Positions 26,207 through 40,532 of a stretch of 64,000 nt of DNA are shown here, piece after piece. The DNA is from Octopus vulgaris (taxonomy: Eukaryota), in assembly GCA_951406725.2 (NCBI GenBank), contig OX597826.1, forward strand, positions 12,276,001-12,340,000, given 5' to 3'. A program made the translations under genes and the position numbers. The notes below the pieces were generated by a model, which saw only the letters and a program-made list of their open reading frames with translations, had not been told where the DNA came from and did no database searches. The number at the start of each line of letters is the position of its first letter. Position 1 is the first letter of the stretch.

Positions 26207-26497
26207 TGTTTGTGGGGCGTAGGTGTGTGATTGTGTCTGTATATGTGTGTTTGTACAAGTGTGAAGTAGGGCGCATAATCATGCATACACAAACGTATGT
26301 TGTTTGGGGAAAATATGCCTAAGTAATGTAACAAAAAAAGGGGAAAAAAAGCTGATGAAGGCTGAACTATTGCTATTAGTGGGAAATGGAGACAAAAACT
26401 GCAGCAAGTTATTTACTGAAAGGGATTGCAAGTAAATTTACTTTATCGCAAGTTCACTAATGGATGACTTATTCTCAATTTGATCTTAACGTTGTGT

Positions 26498-26540
<43 letters not shown>

Positions 26541-26586
26541 CCGACGACGACGACGACGACAACAACAGCAAAATTCTAGAACTGAA

Positions 26587-26638
<52 letters not shown>

Positions 26639-26725
26639 CAACAACAACAACAACAACAACAGCAGCAGCAGCATCAACAACAACATAATTCTAGAACTGA
26701 AATAATAATAATAATAAAAATTAAA

Positions 26726-26783
<58 letters not shown>

Positions 26784-26807
26784 TAATAATAATAATAATA
26801 ATAAGAA

Positions 26808-26906
<99 letters not shown>

Positions 26907-26995
26907 AAGAAGATGAAGAAGAAGAAGAAGAACAACAACAACAACAGCAACAACAGCAACAACAACAATCATAATAATAACAACTGCAGCAATAA
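26498..26995. repeat. Compound AAC/AAT/AAG microsatellite
   Basis: Directly visible; aattctagaactgaaataat occurs twice. Confidence 0.95.
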
Positions 26996-28274
26996 CAGTA
27001 TCAACGTTTGTAATATACAACGTAAAAAAATGTGAAAAAATTAACACATAAAAAGAAAGTAAAAGCCTTTAGCGGATTGAATTATATCAATAAAATGGAT
27101 TATTTCTTTACATTCTGTTGCTCTACATTCATATGCAAGTTTGCCACTTTATGTAGAACATGTTTTTTTCCCTATTTCCTTATTTCACTTTCCTTTTATT
27201 CACAAAAGAGTTTGGATGATGCTAATAACTTTAGATCCTGGAAAACAAGCGTTGTTTTAGCGAAATGCCTTCGCGTATCTGACATATTCTTTGAATTATT
27301 TCATACGTTTAACATTTATCATTTATTTGACAGTTAAATCTACATTGCAACAAGATGTTTTATCCATAATATGAAGTGCAAGGAGTTGATCAAAATTGCA
27401 GTTGACGGATCGTACTTTTACACAGGAGGCATTTTTATTTTTGTTAATCTACTCAAAACCCTGTCAAATACGTATTTCTTCATATTAATATTTTCATGTA
27501 TTACCATTATTCCGTATAGAACATTTCTATTTTCTCTGCCTTGGTGTTAATTCAAAAATTGCGACAAAATCTGAAAATGCGTTACAGCATAGTTATTTGT
27601 TACAGTGAAATATTTCAGCTATATTGTGATAATATGAAATTTATTTTATATTAAATTATTATAGACATTCCACAGTACTTTTCAATATTAAAAAAAGCTC
27701 ACTTGTGTTAATCCTAAATGATCATAGATTGGATGACTAGATATTCTCACAAAGAAAAATGATGAAACATCGATAAGCGAAATATTGATTTTTTAAAGAA
27801 TTTGTACAATGCCATACATTTGAAAGAGGTTACAGTAGTTAAAATCGATCTTTGTATTTGACTGGTATTTCATTTTATTGCAGGAGGGAGGTTGACTTCG
27901 GTGAAATTACGGTCACAGCAAAATACCACATGGCATTTTCTCGGACACTCTAAGGAATTTCCCTCCCTGTAAGATGAGAAAATACAAATAATTCTGATAC
28001 ATTACACGGCATAGACTTTATAGAAACAAGCGGTTGCATCCATTATCATCTACAACCGCATGACACTATATCAGCATATCCTTGTTTTACTGTTGTTTCA
28101 TATCGTTGACACTGTTCTTGTGTTGAAATATTATAAAACATGTTTTGCAGCATTTATTAAAATTCACTACAGTATTGCAATCCTACTGTAATCGGTAGTA
28201 ACCGTTGTACCTCTGACCATTTATTGACTCATAAGAGAGTACTTTGTTCCGAACCATTTTATTATTATTATTTT

Positions 28275-28473
28275 ATTCCTTTACTTGTTTCAGTCATTTG
28301 ACTGCAGCCATGCTGGAGCACCACCGCCTTTAGTCGAATAAAGTCACCCTAGGACTTATTCTTTGTAAGCCTAGTACTTATTCTATCGGTCTCTTTTCCC
28401 GAACCATTAAATTACGGAGACATAAACACACTAATATCGGTTGTCAAGCGATATTGGGGGGCAAGCAAGACAC

Positions 28474-28542
<69 letters not shown>

Positions 28543-28690
28543 CATATATACACGAGAGGTTTCTTTCAGTTTCCATCTACCGAATCCACTCTACTCACAA
28601 GGTTTTGGTCTACTCGAGAGGCTATAGTAGACGACACTTGTCCAGGTGCCACGCAGTGGGACTGAACTCGGAACCATGTGGTTAAGTGGC
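28275..28690 (-). mobile_element. SINE family A
   Basis: Reverse-complement match to 4597-5025. Confidence 0.88.
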
Positions 28691-30059
28691 CTGAGTTGTT
28701 GGCGAGATAATCAGCCTTCGGCAGCATGACTGTTGCTATTACTTCTACTATCTCTGCCATTGTACAAATACGCTCCAAGACGGTGAATTTTTGTCAGTGT
28801 TGTAAAAAGTTAGACACCTCATATCTAAAATCCCAGTTATTCACCTCTACGAGAGGAAAACTAAAGTGTTTTATGACTTTCACATCACGGAAACATCATC
28901 AGCCATGTCGGGAGACATATATGTCGCATGACAAAGACAGAAACTTAATGCCCCGATACTGCCAATCCCACGCAGTTTTCTTTGCGTAAGAATATTTCTT
29001 CGATTCATTTACAAGAATTCTTGGATATCATAGAAATAAAAAATATTTTCATTCTGACTTTCCTCATTCCTTTAAAAGGTTACCAAGCTGTTGATCACTT
29101 TAATCATCTTTTCTAGCTGAATTAATGATGGACTTAATTCACCAAGCTCACTATTATATGTAGATTCACAATCCTTTTGTTTTCCTTTATTCCCTTTGTG
29201 CAAAACACACGTTTATTTGCTACATTGCTTTGCAATCCTCTTTGGTGATACTTTGAATCTTGGTGATACTTCGTGAAGCTGGTAATTTCCTGCGATTAAG
29301 AAGCACGTTTTCCTACTGAAACCTTTTGACTATATTATACACATTAGCATAATCATTTATGAGCGTTGTTGCATTTAGAACTTAGTCAAAAAGAATGACT
29401 GATATTAAGAACGTTGTAAAATAGCCTACTATATTTTGCTATAGCTAATTCCATTTAAGATATATAAGCTACATCTAATTTGTTTTATTCATCAGTGAGA
29501 GTGCACAAATACATTTCTAACGACAGTGAGTCATAGGTTTCTGGATGTATATATATCTACAGCCATCGTTAATGAGACATAGGTATGTAGAAAGAGTTGT
29601 AGGGAAATTATTATGGAAATAGTTCTGATATAAATATATTCTTAATGTATTTATGTCGCTCATAATATTAGGGTTGTGATGTATACATTTCAACTTAATC
29701 ATCACATCTACTGTTACCATAATATCGTCGATATCAATCATAATTGACATGGCTTCATATTTCAGAGAAACAGTCTTTCATAGGAAAATTGCTATCCGTT
29801 TCTTTACAAACAGTTATATATTCTGATCCTAATTGCTAGAGAATCAGTAAAGTGCTTTGGTAAATACATATACTTTACATATCTCAGCGTTTCGTATTTC
29901 TTCAAGCTACACATAACACCGTTCGAATCTTTCTGAATTCAATCAAATACACAAACATAAATGCATATTTATTATTTATGCACGTTGGAATACGCATGCG
30001 TATACACACAGGCACATACACACACGCATTCATACATACATGTATCAGTTTCACAAATG

Positions 30060-30290
30060 TACTATGCTGGCATAATTCTTTTCTGAAGAATTTGAGAATG
30101 TTGGATAATTCTTATCCCAGTATTCTTTAACTCTCTTCATGTAGCCTATCAAGGGATCATCCCTAGCCTTTCTGTAGAACTAGTATAGGTCTCGGCTCAA
30201 TTAAAGAAGTGGAATTTTCCGCGACACTGGAATTTTTCTGGACAGTTCCGCGATCTGCGATAACCGACTCCGGGTTCATTCGTCGCCATG
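30060..30290 (-). pseudogene. R4/Dong LINE N-terminal fragment, inverted relative to the adjacent body
   Basis: LSRDLY*FYRKARDDPLIGYMKRVKEYWDKNYP, resembling R4/Dong N-termini (CY..A....GY.KRM...W). Confidence 0.65.
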
Positions 30291-30559
30291 GTATATCTAT
30301 AGCGATTTTCCACATGGCATGTATTTTACCATTTGGTTACTGTTACAATTTCTTTTCAGAAAAAGGTTAGGTTTTGCATTTACTCAAAGAAGATCAGCAT
30401 TTCTTTTACCAGGTTGCAATAATGGAAAAATTACAAGGGATAGTATTCATTATCCGAGTGAAATATAGTCCTCTATGCTAACGCGTCTGCACGCAACGTC
30501 ATGATGTATGTATGCTAAAAAGAGAATTAAGCTATCAACAGGCATATTCCAAGGTGATA

Positions 30560-32240
30560 GTTTATCTATTGTTTGTACTGGAAGTGAAACCCTTGCCAAC
30601 CCTGTTATGAAAATGCCAAGGCTGCATGCTAGGATGTGTTAAAAAGAATGAATTTAATGTCACCAACACATTTTTGTTGATAGCCTACCGTTATATTCTG
30701 GTAACAGGATCAGCATCAATTAGAAATAGTCACAGCATTCTGATGAGACATGGGAATGGAGTTTGGGCAAGACAAGCGCTCATAGGTGATTGTCAGTTGA
30801 GGTAAGATTTTCGACCAGTGAAAAATGTACATCAATGGCTTGTCTATCATACCTGTACGATGAAAACTACAATTACCTTGGAATCGATGAGAATGTTGCA
30901 TACTTTAGTACTGTGAGGAAAACCAGTATAAAAAAAGACTGCTTTTGTAGATTGGGAAATAGGGAACACAGAATTGTCCGCGTTTGACATGACCATGTCT
31001 CACAAAGCTTTTGCAGTGCTAGTGCTAGTACCAAAATTTGGTATATTAGACTAGACATTTGGCGAGATCAGCACCCTGGACATCAAAACTAGAAAAGTAC
31101 TGATAACCACGATAAAATTCCACATTAACAGCGACACTGATAGGATGCGTGTGAGACGAAGAGGTGGCGGTAGAGGCATAAAGTCATCACTCGGACAACT
31201 CCCTAATGAACAGTACAGAAATAATTGAATACATTTCATGCATACTTAAATGTGAGTGCAACGATATCCTCAGAGTTGAAGAACTACTGTGCAAATTCTC
31301 TGAGAATACAACTGCTTCATGCGACCCTAAGGAGGCTTACTGACTTACCAAAACATAGAAGCATGAATCATTCCAGCAAATGGCTACATATCCCATAAGC
31401 TTAAGGATAACGATAGCATTGGCAGGAGGAGCGGCTTCTCCAGGACTTGTGGTAGATACATTATATCTCACCTAGAAGGCTATGCTTTCGCTATCCATGA
31501 ATAGAAGGTAGCTGCTAAATACCTGGTAAACACGAGGGACTCGTTGTGATAGAAAATCTCGGCTCTTCTGTATCAGTGTTGAACATATCATCCACATCAT
31601 CAGCAGCTGTTCCATGTGGTGCTACCTATCCATGAGTTATGATATAATTGCAAAGACTATTTACAATACTATCCGCAAGGAGGACTGCTCTGACATATAC
31701 ATAAATGAAATATGAGAACCAGCATGCATTCACACGTTTAAAAACAAGGAATACTGGTGGAACATTCCAATAAAAACAACAATTCGGTGCAAGCATAACA
31801 TACCTGATATTTTACTGTGGAACAGGAAACAAGAGTCATGCACTGAGTCAGCCCAAAGATATGAATATACATTCAAATGTCCAGGCCAAGAGAACATGGT
31901 GATTTAATGCGGAACTTACAGCTTTTGTACCCTGCCGATAAATTCTCATATGTACCTACCATTATTGGTGCATTAAGTTATTAACCAACAAATTTACGCA
32001 AAAACCTAGAAATAACAGGTTTTCTGAAGAAAGGGCAAAGGAAACAGACGTGGAGTCTCCAAATCCAATCTATTAGTGGCACAGTGATGATCTGTACGAT
32101 ATTCCAAAGATTCTCCGTCTGATGAATTGTTGTACCCACTTCGGTGTGTGCATTGACACCTCACCCAATACACAGAGTCATATTTACAAACACCGGGAAC
32201 TCTCTTAACTCAAAAGGTCCTGTCACTTAAGAAGAACTTA
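30560..32240 (+). pseudogene. R4/Dong-type LINE, RT end to 3' UTR, decayed
   Basis: MGMEFGQDK; YNYLGIDEN; HINSDTDRMRVRRRGGGRG; LEGYAFAIHE; EHIIHIISSC; CKHNIPDILLWNR; YVPTIIGAL. Confidence 0.85.
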
Positions 32241-33712
32241 TATAAAAATTCCCCCTCTCTCTCTCTCTCACACGCACACACGTATGTGTGTGTGTGTGTG
32301 TCTATACATGTATGAACACAGAATTTGGTGGTTGGTTGTATACGTATAATACACGTTCACTCAGGCATAAAAAAACACGCTCCGCATAAACACGCAAAAT
32401 CCCACTTATACAGTGTGCATATCGCGTGTTTGTTAGTGGTGTAGTAAAATAATAAATAAAAATTTTGGACCAACAACACGCGCGCTTCATATAAATAGAG
32501 ATTTTTTTTAAGCTCTCTTGGTTGGCAGAAAACTGTCTTTTGATGAGTGTTTAAAACACTGAGATATGTCAAGGCAATCGGATTTATTATTCTCTGCACA
32601 GATAGGATAAAAAGCGTTATTTATATCTGCTTGAAGTTCCATAGCAAAACATATAATATCTCTAGTTAACAATTTTTTACTGTTTGACAGCAAAATATAA
32701 ATTGACAAAGGATAAGCATACGCTGTGTTGCGCAAAAATATTCATTAATCATTTACCTGAGCTGATGATGTAAACCCGATATGTAAATTAGTGTAGTGAT
32801 TACAAATAGTTTTTACTTTCTGATTGATTTAAATTTCAATTTGCTACTGCTTTTCGTAGGACAAGTGATGAGGGTACCTCTATTGTGATGTGTCATCAAA
32901 AATCCATCAAACATTTGTAGGCAATCTCATTTAGATTTGTGTTGCAGTGAGAGACTAGGTATGCGCATTCGCATCTATTTAAACACCAACAATGAAAGGC
33001 TTAAAATTGAATATTCGAGTCTGAAGACCAAACGACTAGGAGTGATGAAAAATAATTAGCTTCTAGTAAGACAATCTGGAGGGACAAAATGAGATGTAGA
33101 GACAAAGTCATTGAACAATGGATGCTTTTCGATTTCGGCGAAAATAGCAAAGATAGTCCGTTGTGCTTAAATATGATATGGAAACACAAACACATAGTAG
33201 ATTGTTTGACGCTAGTACTTAAATGACAATGCAGAGACTAAAGTGACATATCATTCACCCACTACCGTGGTTGAATATATTCTTAAGTCCACCATTTCGT
33301 CAATCGCAGCAGCTTGCAGGCTTTACCACTAATTCAGTTCTCAACTAAATTGCAAATTGTTAATAGTTTTAAAGAGGACAGCTCCTCAGCTACACTTTGG
33401 CATAAATAGTTTGAGATTTGGTTCAGTATAAAAAATGTGATATCAAAATATCTGCGACCTCAAGGGGGGGGGTAGTCATGTACGTATTCACCTTCATTTT
33501 TTTAATTTCAAAAAAGTATACCTTTTCTAGGCTTAAATTACACAAAAATGTATGAGGAATTCAGAGTTGTTAGCTCCATAGAACAACAATTAGTAGAAGA
33601 AAAGTTATGGGATGAAATGCCACGAAATTGGTGTCAATAAGTAAGAGAGTAAGGAAGTAACACTTAGCAATAAGAATAAAGAATATAATACTAAAATGAA
33701 TACTTGCGTCCT

Positions 33713-33830
33713 ACGGCGGTGAGCTGGCAGAAATGTTAACGCACCGGGCGAAATTCTTAGTGGTATTTCACTTGTGTGTACATTTTGAATTCAAATTCCT
33801 CCGAGATCGACTTACTTCCTATCCATTTCA
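33713..33830 (+). mobile_element. Degenerate SINE C head
   Basis: ggcggtgagctggcagaaatgttaacgcaccgggcgaaat. Confidence 0.75.
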
Positions 33831-34266
33831 GATCTATTCAATTTGGCATAAAGATTATTTAATTAATTTTTTTTAACTAAACACTTTGAAATATCCGATA
33901 CTGGTACAATGTGTCACATACAACAGAGCTTACTCTTAACGTGTTTGACAAAATTTTGTATTTTAGAAGTTATTTCGTCACAAGTTACAGAGTGACAATG
34001 GACAAATTCGTGTTTGATAAGTATCAATACACGAAACTCTCTAACTTCTGCCGATGATATATATACATATTATACATATATGTGTAAAACTAAATCTCAT
34101 CACCCAGTCAAACCAATGAAAGAGCCTCTACCTGTTCGCTCGACACGCTAAAAATAGCAGTCAATGAATCCATCTAACCAGTATTTTATAAGGTAAAATC
34201 CTAAATTATTTATTGACACATTATTAATTATCTCATAACAACAATGCCTGGAAAAATCATAGATTA

Positions 34267-34771
34267 CATGGAGAAGTACTAGCATGAAAAGTAATATTCT
34301 TAAGATTTTAAACCTGGAAAAGTACAGGACAAGTTATTACATCTGTAAAAGTATAGGATAAACTATTACTTCAAGTAAAGTAAAGAATAAGAAACATTTT
34401 ACTTAAAATATTTCAGCTAAAATTAAAATTCGAATATCAAAAAATATGTTATAGTTTACATATAACACTATACTTATTTAAGTAGAATTTGGCTAATTTA
34501 CTACCTTAAATACAGAAAAATGTGACTAATTAGATAAACTTACAAAGTAGCTTAACAGTTTTGTACAATAAATTTAAAAGATGAGAACTGTAAAGAGTCA
34601 TAAAGTAGAAGAACTGGCATTCTTTGCTGCAATACTTTAAGTAAAAAGTTTCTTATTCTTTACTTTACTTGAAGTAATAGTTTGTCCTATACTTTTACAG
34701 GTATAATAACTCGTATTTTTTCAGGTTTATAATCTAAAGAATATTACTTTCCATGCTCGCATTTTTCCATG
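34267..34771. mobile_element. MITE with ~145-bp TIRs, flanked by TA
   Basis: TA|catggagaagt..aagtaatattctt..attacttcaagtaaagtaaagaataagaaac is mirrored at 34632-34771|TA. Confidence 0.85.
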
Positions 34772-34793
34772 TAAATATATATATATATATATC

Positions 34794-34824
<31 letters not shown>

Positions 34825-35527
34825 AAAATAATAATAATGATAATAATAATAATAATAATAATAACAACAACAACATTAGGGAATATGATTCCATACTTAC
34901 AGGGGAAAATTATTGTATCTTTAATTTTTCTCTATATGGTATGATTTAAGTGTATCATTGTTAAATTGCTTCATAATTGAGGACTGAGTTTAACGTCACC
35001 AGTTTTCGGATGAAGTTTTTACTAATGAATTAATCTTCAATAAGAATATTTAGATTAAAAGACAAAAGGAAGAATTTCATTGATTATATGGCTTTATATA
35101 TATAAACAAACACGTGAAAATATCTTATTACATGCTATTTTTTCCCATTATTAAAGAAATAAATCAACCATTATGTTCATAAAAGTATAAACATAATAGA
35201 GAGACTTGAATCATTCATTTCGATTTCATTTAGGACGTTGAAATAAACTGAAAAAAAACGTTATTTAGCTGGTATCAAACTTAAAGAAAAAAAAAGAAAA
35301 ACGAAAAAGGGGAAGGAGACACAAAGTAGAAAGAGTGAAAGTGACGGAGAGAGAATGGTAAAATAACGCTAAACAAAGCGAAAATGTAAAACAAAGAATG
35401 TAAGTGTCAAAATCCGGTAAAAGTTGGATCTAATGTTATAGTATTTTGGTTTATGCCGATAATTAAAAGGAACATAATTTTTTGAACTGAAGCCTTTCGT
35501 TTTCAGTGATAACATTAAAACTTTTCG

Positions 35528-35742
35528 AGGCAGCGAGATGGCAGAGTCATTGCTGCACCGCGAAAAATGCTTAGCGGAATTTCGTCCATCGTTACGTCCT
35601 CAATTCAAATTCCGCCGAAGTCGACTTAGCCTTTTATCCTTTTGGGATCGATAAACTAAGTACCAGTTGATCACTGGGGTCGGTGTAATTGACTCAACTT
35701 ACTTCCCCGCAGTTGCTGGCCTTGTGCCAACATTTGAAATCA
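35528..35742 (+). mobile_element. SINE C with tail 2
   Basis: ggcagcgagatggcaga..aattcaaattccgccgaagtcgac..ggccttgtgccaacatttgaaatcaat. Confidence 0.8.
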
Positions 35743-35993
35743 ATAAAAACTTCAGTTAAGCACAGACTGTAAGCAGATGCAAAATGAAAGGTGTCTCTCT
35801 GTTATGTTTAATGCATTGTCACAGGTATCCCTCAATCTCCAAATATATCTCGAACATGAATTTAAAAAATTAGAGTTTAGATTAACTAAAAAAGAAATCA
35901 GGGTTTAGATTAACTAAAAATATGTAGGGTTTATTTACATTATTTACATTATTTACATTTGACGGATATTTGTCCTCATCTTGTTTGTTGTTA

Positions 35994-36037
35994 ACACAAC
36001 GTTTCGGCTGATATACCCTCCAGCCTTCATCAGGTGT
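35994..36037 (-). ncRNA. Intact minimal type I hammerhead ribozyme of Penelope type
   Basis: acac-CTGATGA-a-ggctg-gagggtatat-cagcc-GAAAC-GTT-gtgt: full core, 4-bp stem I, 5-bp stem II, palindromic stem III. Confidence 0.85.
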
Positions 36038-36932
36038 CAGGACATGGTAGGACATTAAAGGACATTAAAACTTAAAGTATGCATTTTGAGATAAATTATA
36101 CAGATATCAAAACACATTCATTGGATACAAGACCGTGTCTGTAGCACTCGCAGAAGTACAATAGCTGATGTGATATCTTCATTTGAGAATAGGAAAGAAG
36201 AAATGTTAATAAATAATTAATACGTTTATACACAGCCGGTAAAGTATAGAAGTTAACGTAGTAATGGAAGGGAAAAAAGTCAAATATATTCAGATTCCTT
36301 TATTATCATACTGCACATAAAGCAAAGTTTTCATAATTATATTATTGCTCTATACAGCAAATCAATTGTATTTCTCATGATTTTTGATAATGCGATTTAC
36401 TCAAGGAAATATTCATTTTTGTATTGGAGAGATATTTATATCTAGTTTTGCTATAATGCTTCGTTCAGTAAGTCGATTTTAAATAACACTGTTAATGTTA
36501 ACTTTGCTTAATGTTTTGGTTAGTTTTGTATTTGTTGGTATAGTCGAGGTGTCTGTGATGTAAGTGATGGCATTGATAAATAGTGTTGTAGTTTAGTCCC
36601 ATGTTTTTAATAGATTAATACTTATAGGGTACTACACTAACTAACCTTCTGTTCATGTCCATCGTGTAAAATTCCTTATCATAGTGTCATGAGTGTCCCC
36701 TAATTTTCCTACGCTTTTGAGACATTCAGCAATTTAGCTGTACATTCAAGAAGATCGACCGTACACATAGTTGATCTCCCGCTGACTCCTGTGTGGGAAG
36801 AGGGTGTTGATGCTGATGGTTATTATCGCTGTTATTTCTTAATTAGCTCATTACTGACACTGCTGAGGTATATTAAGTAAAGAGCGAAATGAACTTAGGA
36901 AATTCATTGGTCATTCAATACTGTGCATGTAT

Positions 36933-37017
<85 letters not shown>

Positions 37018-37027
37018 GTCACATGTT

Positions 37028-37209
37028 AGATCGTTAGCCACTACACACATTTTTTTCTCTCCTTGTTTTTTTTCTGTGTCCCTTTCTGTAGAAGAGCGTA
37101 GGCTTGAAACGTAAAAGACTTTTTCTATTCCTGAGCGTTATACTAATACATCTGTTTGTTTTGTACACCACCCGTCTTCGTCTTTTGTTTTTTTTTCGTA
37201 AACTCTCCC
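37028..37209 (+). mobile_element. Penelope-like mini-element beside (TA)n, HHR-like motif at 37082-37117
   Basis: Close match to 3852-4030. Confidence 0.75.
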
Positions 37210-37618
37210 TATATATATATATATATGTATGTATATATGTACGCGCAATGTATGGACTTATATAATCCTGTGGTAAACACACTTAAGCTCCTTCAGTGGA
37301 CCCGTCTACATACTGCATAGTAAATCAATACGTAGTGGTGCTATTTAGTGTCCAATGTAGTTGAAATCCAGTAAATCCCGTCAGTGAAGATTATTTCATG
37401 AGGATTATATAGAATATAAAGAAAGTCGAGAGGTATAAATAAGATGGATGAAGGCCGTTTCACCGTCTTCCCACGGTTATCAACTGATATCATCTTCCTT
37501 TCTTTCTTTCTGCATATATTTATGTATGTATGCATGCATGCATGTGTGTATGTATGTATGTATTGTATGCATGTATGTATGTATGTATGTATATATTTAT
37601 GTATGTATGTATGTATGT

Positions 37619-37880
37619 ATAGGCGTAGTCAAAAGTCTGGAACATTTGTCCAGAAATTTTAATTGTTCTGCTCAAGTAAAATTCGTTTGAAATATTTACA
37701 ACGCATAGATATACTTAACTAAGAACTGATCCAACGGTTCAGTAGCAGGAAAAAATTTCAGATTTATGTTCCATACTTTTGACCAAGTAATAACATATTG
37801 TAAAATAGATGTAACATTAGGCATTTAATATAACAATTCCAGTTTTCAGTCAGATGTTCCAATATTTTGGTTACAACTGT
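37619..37880. mobile_element. Tc1-like MITE
   Basis: Imperfect ~48-bp TIRs (gtagtcaaaagtctggaacat / atgttccaatattttggttacaactg) with TA ends. Confidence 0.65.
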
Positions 37881-38308
37881 ACGTATATTAAATATTATAG
37901 ATGTGTGTGTATATATACAATCAAATACAGCTTTGTGCATATATTTATGCATATATAAGTGCATTTGTATTTAAATGTTTAAGCAATTAAAATACTGTTA
38001 ATTATTTTGCATTTCTCTTTTCCGTTGTCTAACTCCTAGAAAAAGAAAATGGACGTGGTTTAATCATTCCTTGGCGAATTTTACTTTATATGTCTCAGCT
38101 TTTATATGTTATTAGCAACAAGAAGTATCGCTTATGACACATAAAATTAATCAAAATAGACAACACTAATTTCTTTCATATTGATTGTAACATACGAATA
38201 TACATACGTCTATATATATGTATATGTGTTTGTATGTATATAAGTTTATGTGTATGTATGTATATATATATATATATATATAAAGTGGGGGATAGAATTA
38301 GAGAGAGG

Positions 38309-38345
<37 letters not shown>

Positions 38346-38378
38346 TTGTTTGAGGTGGTGTACAGATTTTATGTATTA

Positions 38379-38548
38379 AGAAAAAAGAGGCTGTCAGAAT
38401 TTTGTATATTTCCTGATTAGCTCTTTGGACGCATTACAGATTTGTATAAAAGGCAAAGAAATGTTCTGTAAGACACATCTGAGGAGTCTCAGTGAATAAG
38501 ACGAAACGCTAATAAAGAATAATCCAAAATACTACTCATCTCTTTTTC
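38379..38548. mobile_element. Fold-back Penelope-like unit with an HHR at 38476-38513 (+)
   Basis: CTGAGGA-gtct-cagtgaata-agac-GAAACGCTA; imperfect arms gaaaaaagag.. / ..ctctttttc. Confidence 0.65.
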
Positions 38549-39561
38549 ACACACACACGCACACACAGATACATATTTACACACACACAAATATATATAC
38601 ATACATGCATACATACATATATATAAGTGTGTGTATGTATACACCGAATTTAGCCGTTTCTATCACTTACTACAAGAGCCCTTCCTTAATTTTCCAATCA
38701 TTCTCTCCCCCGCTGTCGGTCTTGGAAACTCCTTATGAACCCAAGCACCCTCCGAACCCTTAGGGGTTTAATATTGGTGTAACGTCCATTCCCCTGGTCC
38801 ACTCTCCTTGGTAATCCTGGTAGAGGCCTTTTCCTGCACATTATGTAAGTACCAATCTATCACAAAATACTCATTTTACTTTCGCATGCTCTTGTTTTTT
38901 TTTTTTTATAATTCTGTGTACTCACAAACATTCCCTATTATGTATTATATTATATTCAAGGAAAACTTTTACATTTCTTCCCTTGCTATGCAAATGAATA
39001 ACACTGTACTAGACATATTCCAACGCGTATTTTGTTTTCTTAGGTTCGAATGGCACTAAAATCGATGAGGCGTATAACATTTCTTCTAGATCAATAAAAT
39101 AATTTTCATTTAATAACCTTCCTTATATAATTGAAACAACTACGTTTCACTTTCTGAAAATATTAAGATTGTATCTTATCCAACTTTATTGTTATCATCA
39201 CGGCTTAATATCTCCACCAAAATCAATTTGAAACTTCATCATCTACAAAAACTTATACCACTATTAATACCATAAGCATTAACAACACATCGTATGCTTA
39301 TGAATAATATTCTTGTTCTGCTGAATAAATAATCACCTTATTAAATGTTATGCAACCACTAAATAGGAACTGGACAAGCGAAGATGCTTTGACACGGGTC
39401 AGTATCAGCTAGATATAGCAACAAAATCTCTCAAATCACCCTTTTTTATGGCTGCAGATGATGACATATTGAATAATGGTTTTATCGCGTCCACTGCATA
39501 AAGGGAAAATAACCAATTGTCATAGATTATGTTTGCTATTTGGTCGCCTCGCTAGTGTTAA

Positions 39562-39866
39562 CGTCGCCCTTTTCAAGCCTAGCCCTGGCGCATGGATCCG
39601 GTTTCCCGGTTTCTTTGGTGTATGTGTTCCCCCCAGCTGGACGGGGTGCCAGTCCATCGCACCGTTACTCAAGAAACTGGAAGAGAGAGTGAGAGAAAGT
39701 TGTGGCGAAAGTGTACAACAGGGGTCGCCACCACCCACTGCCGATGTCTCGTGGAGCTTTTAGGTGTTTTCGCTCAATAAACACACACAACGCCCGGTCT
39801 GGGAATCGAAACCACGATCCTTCGACCGCGAGTCTGCTGTCCTAACCACTGCGCCATTGCGCCTCC
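39562..39866 (-). mobile_element. SINE B head with tail 3, 14-bp TSD
   Basis: TSD ctcg(c/a)tagtgttaa; tail shared with family D. Confidence 0.9.
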
Positions 39867-40301
39867 CTCGATAGTGTTAAACTGAAACTAAAACAAACCA
39901 TAAAAAACAACCAGATATGTTCAGAAGTAGTAGCCAAATCTCCCTTAACTCATAACTTACTGTCATTGACAGGAAAACGTTGGATAATATAATCCAAGCT
40001 TATCTCACGGAAGATAAAGTCAAGATGGGCAAGGTTGGAATGTCTTTAATTCTAGTTCTGCTCAATCAAAGCTGACCTGATGTAAACAACAGTAACAGCA
40101 TAGTATGCAACAGTCATAGCTGGGACGCTTTTGATAATAGGTTTTCTCAGTGAGGGTTTACCAGGAAATATACAGCAATTAACACCACTACGTGCTAAGT
40201 AGTCGGTACCTCTACAGTCCTTCGGCCTGCTGCCAAAAGCCGCCGATTGTTCCTCAGACTACATCCAAGCATGTTAGAAAAAGGACCTGTTGAATAATAT
40301 T

Positions 40302-40532
40302 TATTTCTTTACTACCCACAAGGGGCTACACACAGAGGGGACAAACAAGGACAGACAAAGGGATTAAGTCGATTACATCGACCCCAGTGTGTAACTGGTA
40401 CTTAATTTATGGACCCCGAAAGGATGAAAAGAAAAAGTCGACCTGGGTGGAATTTGAACTCGGGACGCACGGCAGACGAAATACGGCTACGCATTTCGCC
40501 CGGCGTGCTAACGTTTCTGCCAGCTTGCCGCC
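40302..40532 (-). mobile_element. SINE C monomer, 12-bp TSD
   Basis: TSD ttgaataatatt. Confidence 0.92.

Noticed and set aside
28695-29150. Possible hAT C-terminal remnant on the minus strand (SNSHAAEG*LS)
   Set aside because: Similarity is too weak to call by eye
33330-33450. pogo/Tigger HTH-like peptide TKLQIVNSFKED
   Set aside because: Too short and degenerate, and no TIRs found
37455-37490. HHR-like ttgata-accgt-gggaag-acggt-gaaac on the minus strand
   Set aside because: Core spacing is off by one and there is no clear NUH site or stem I
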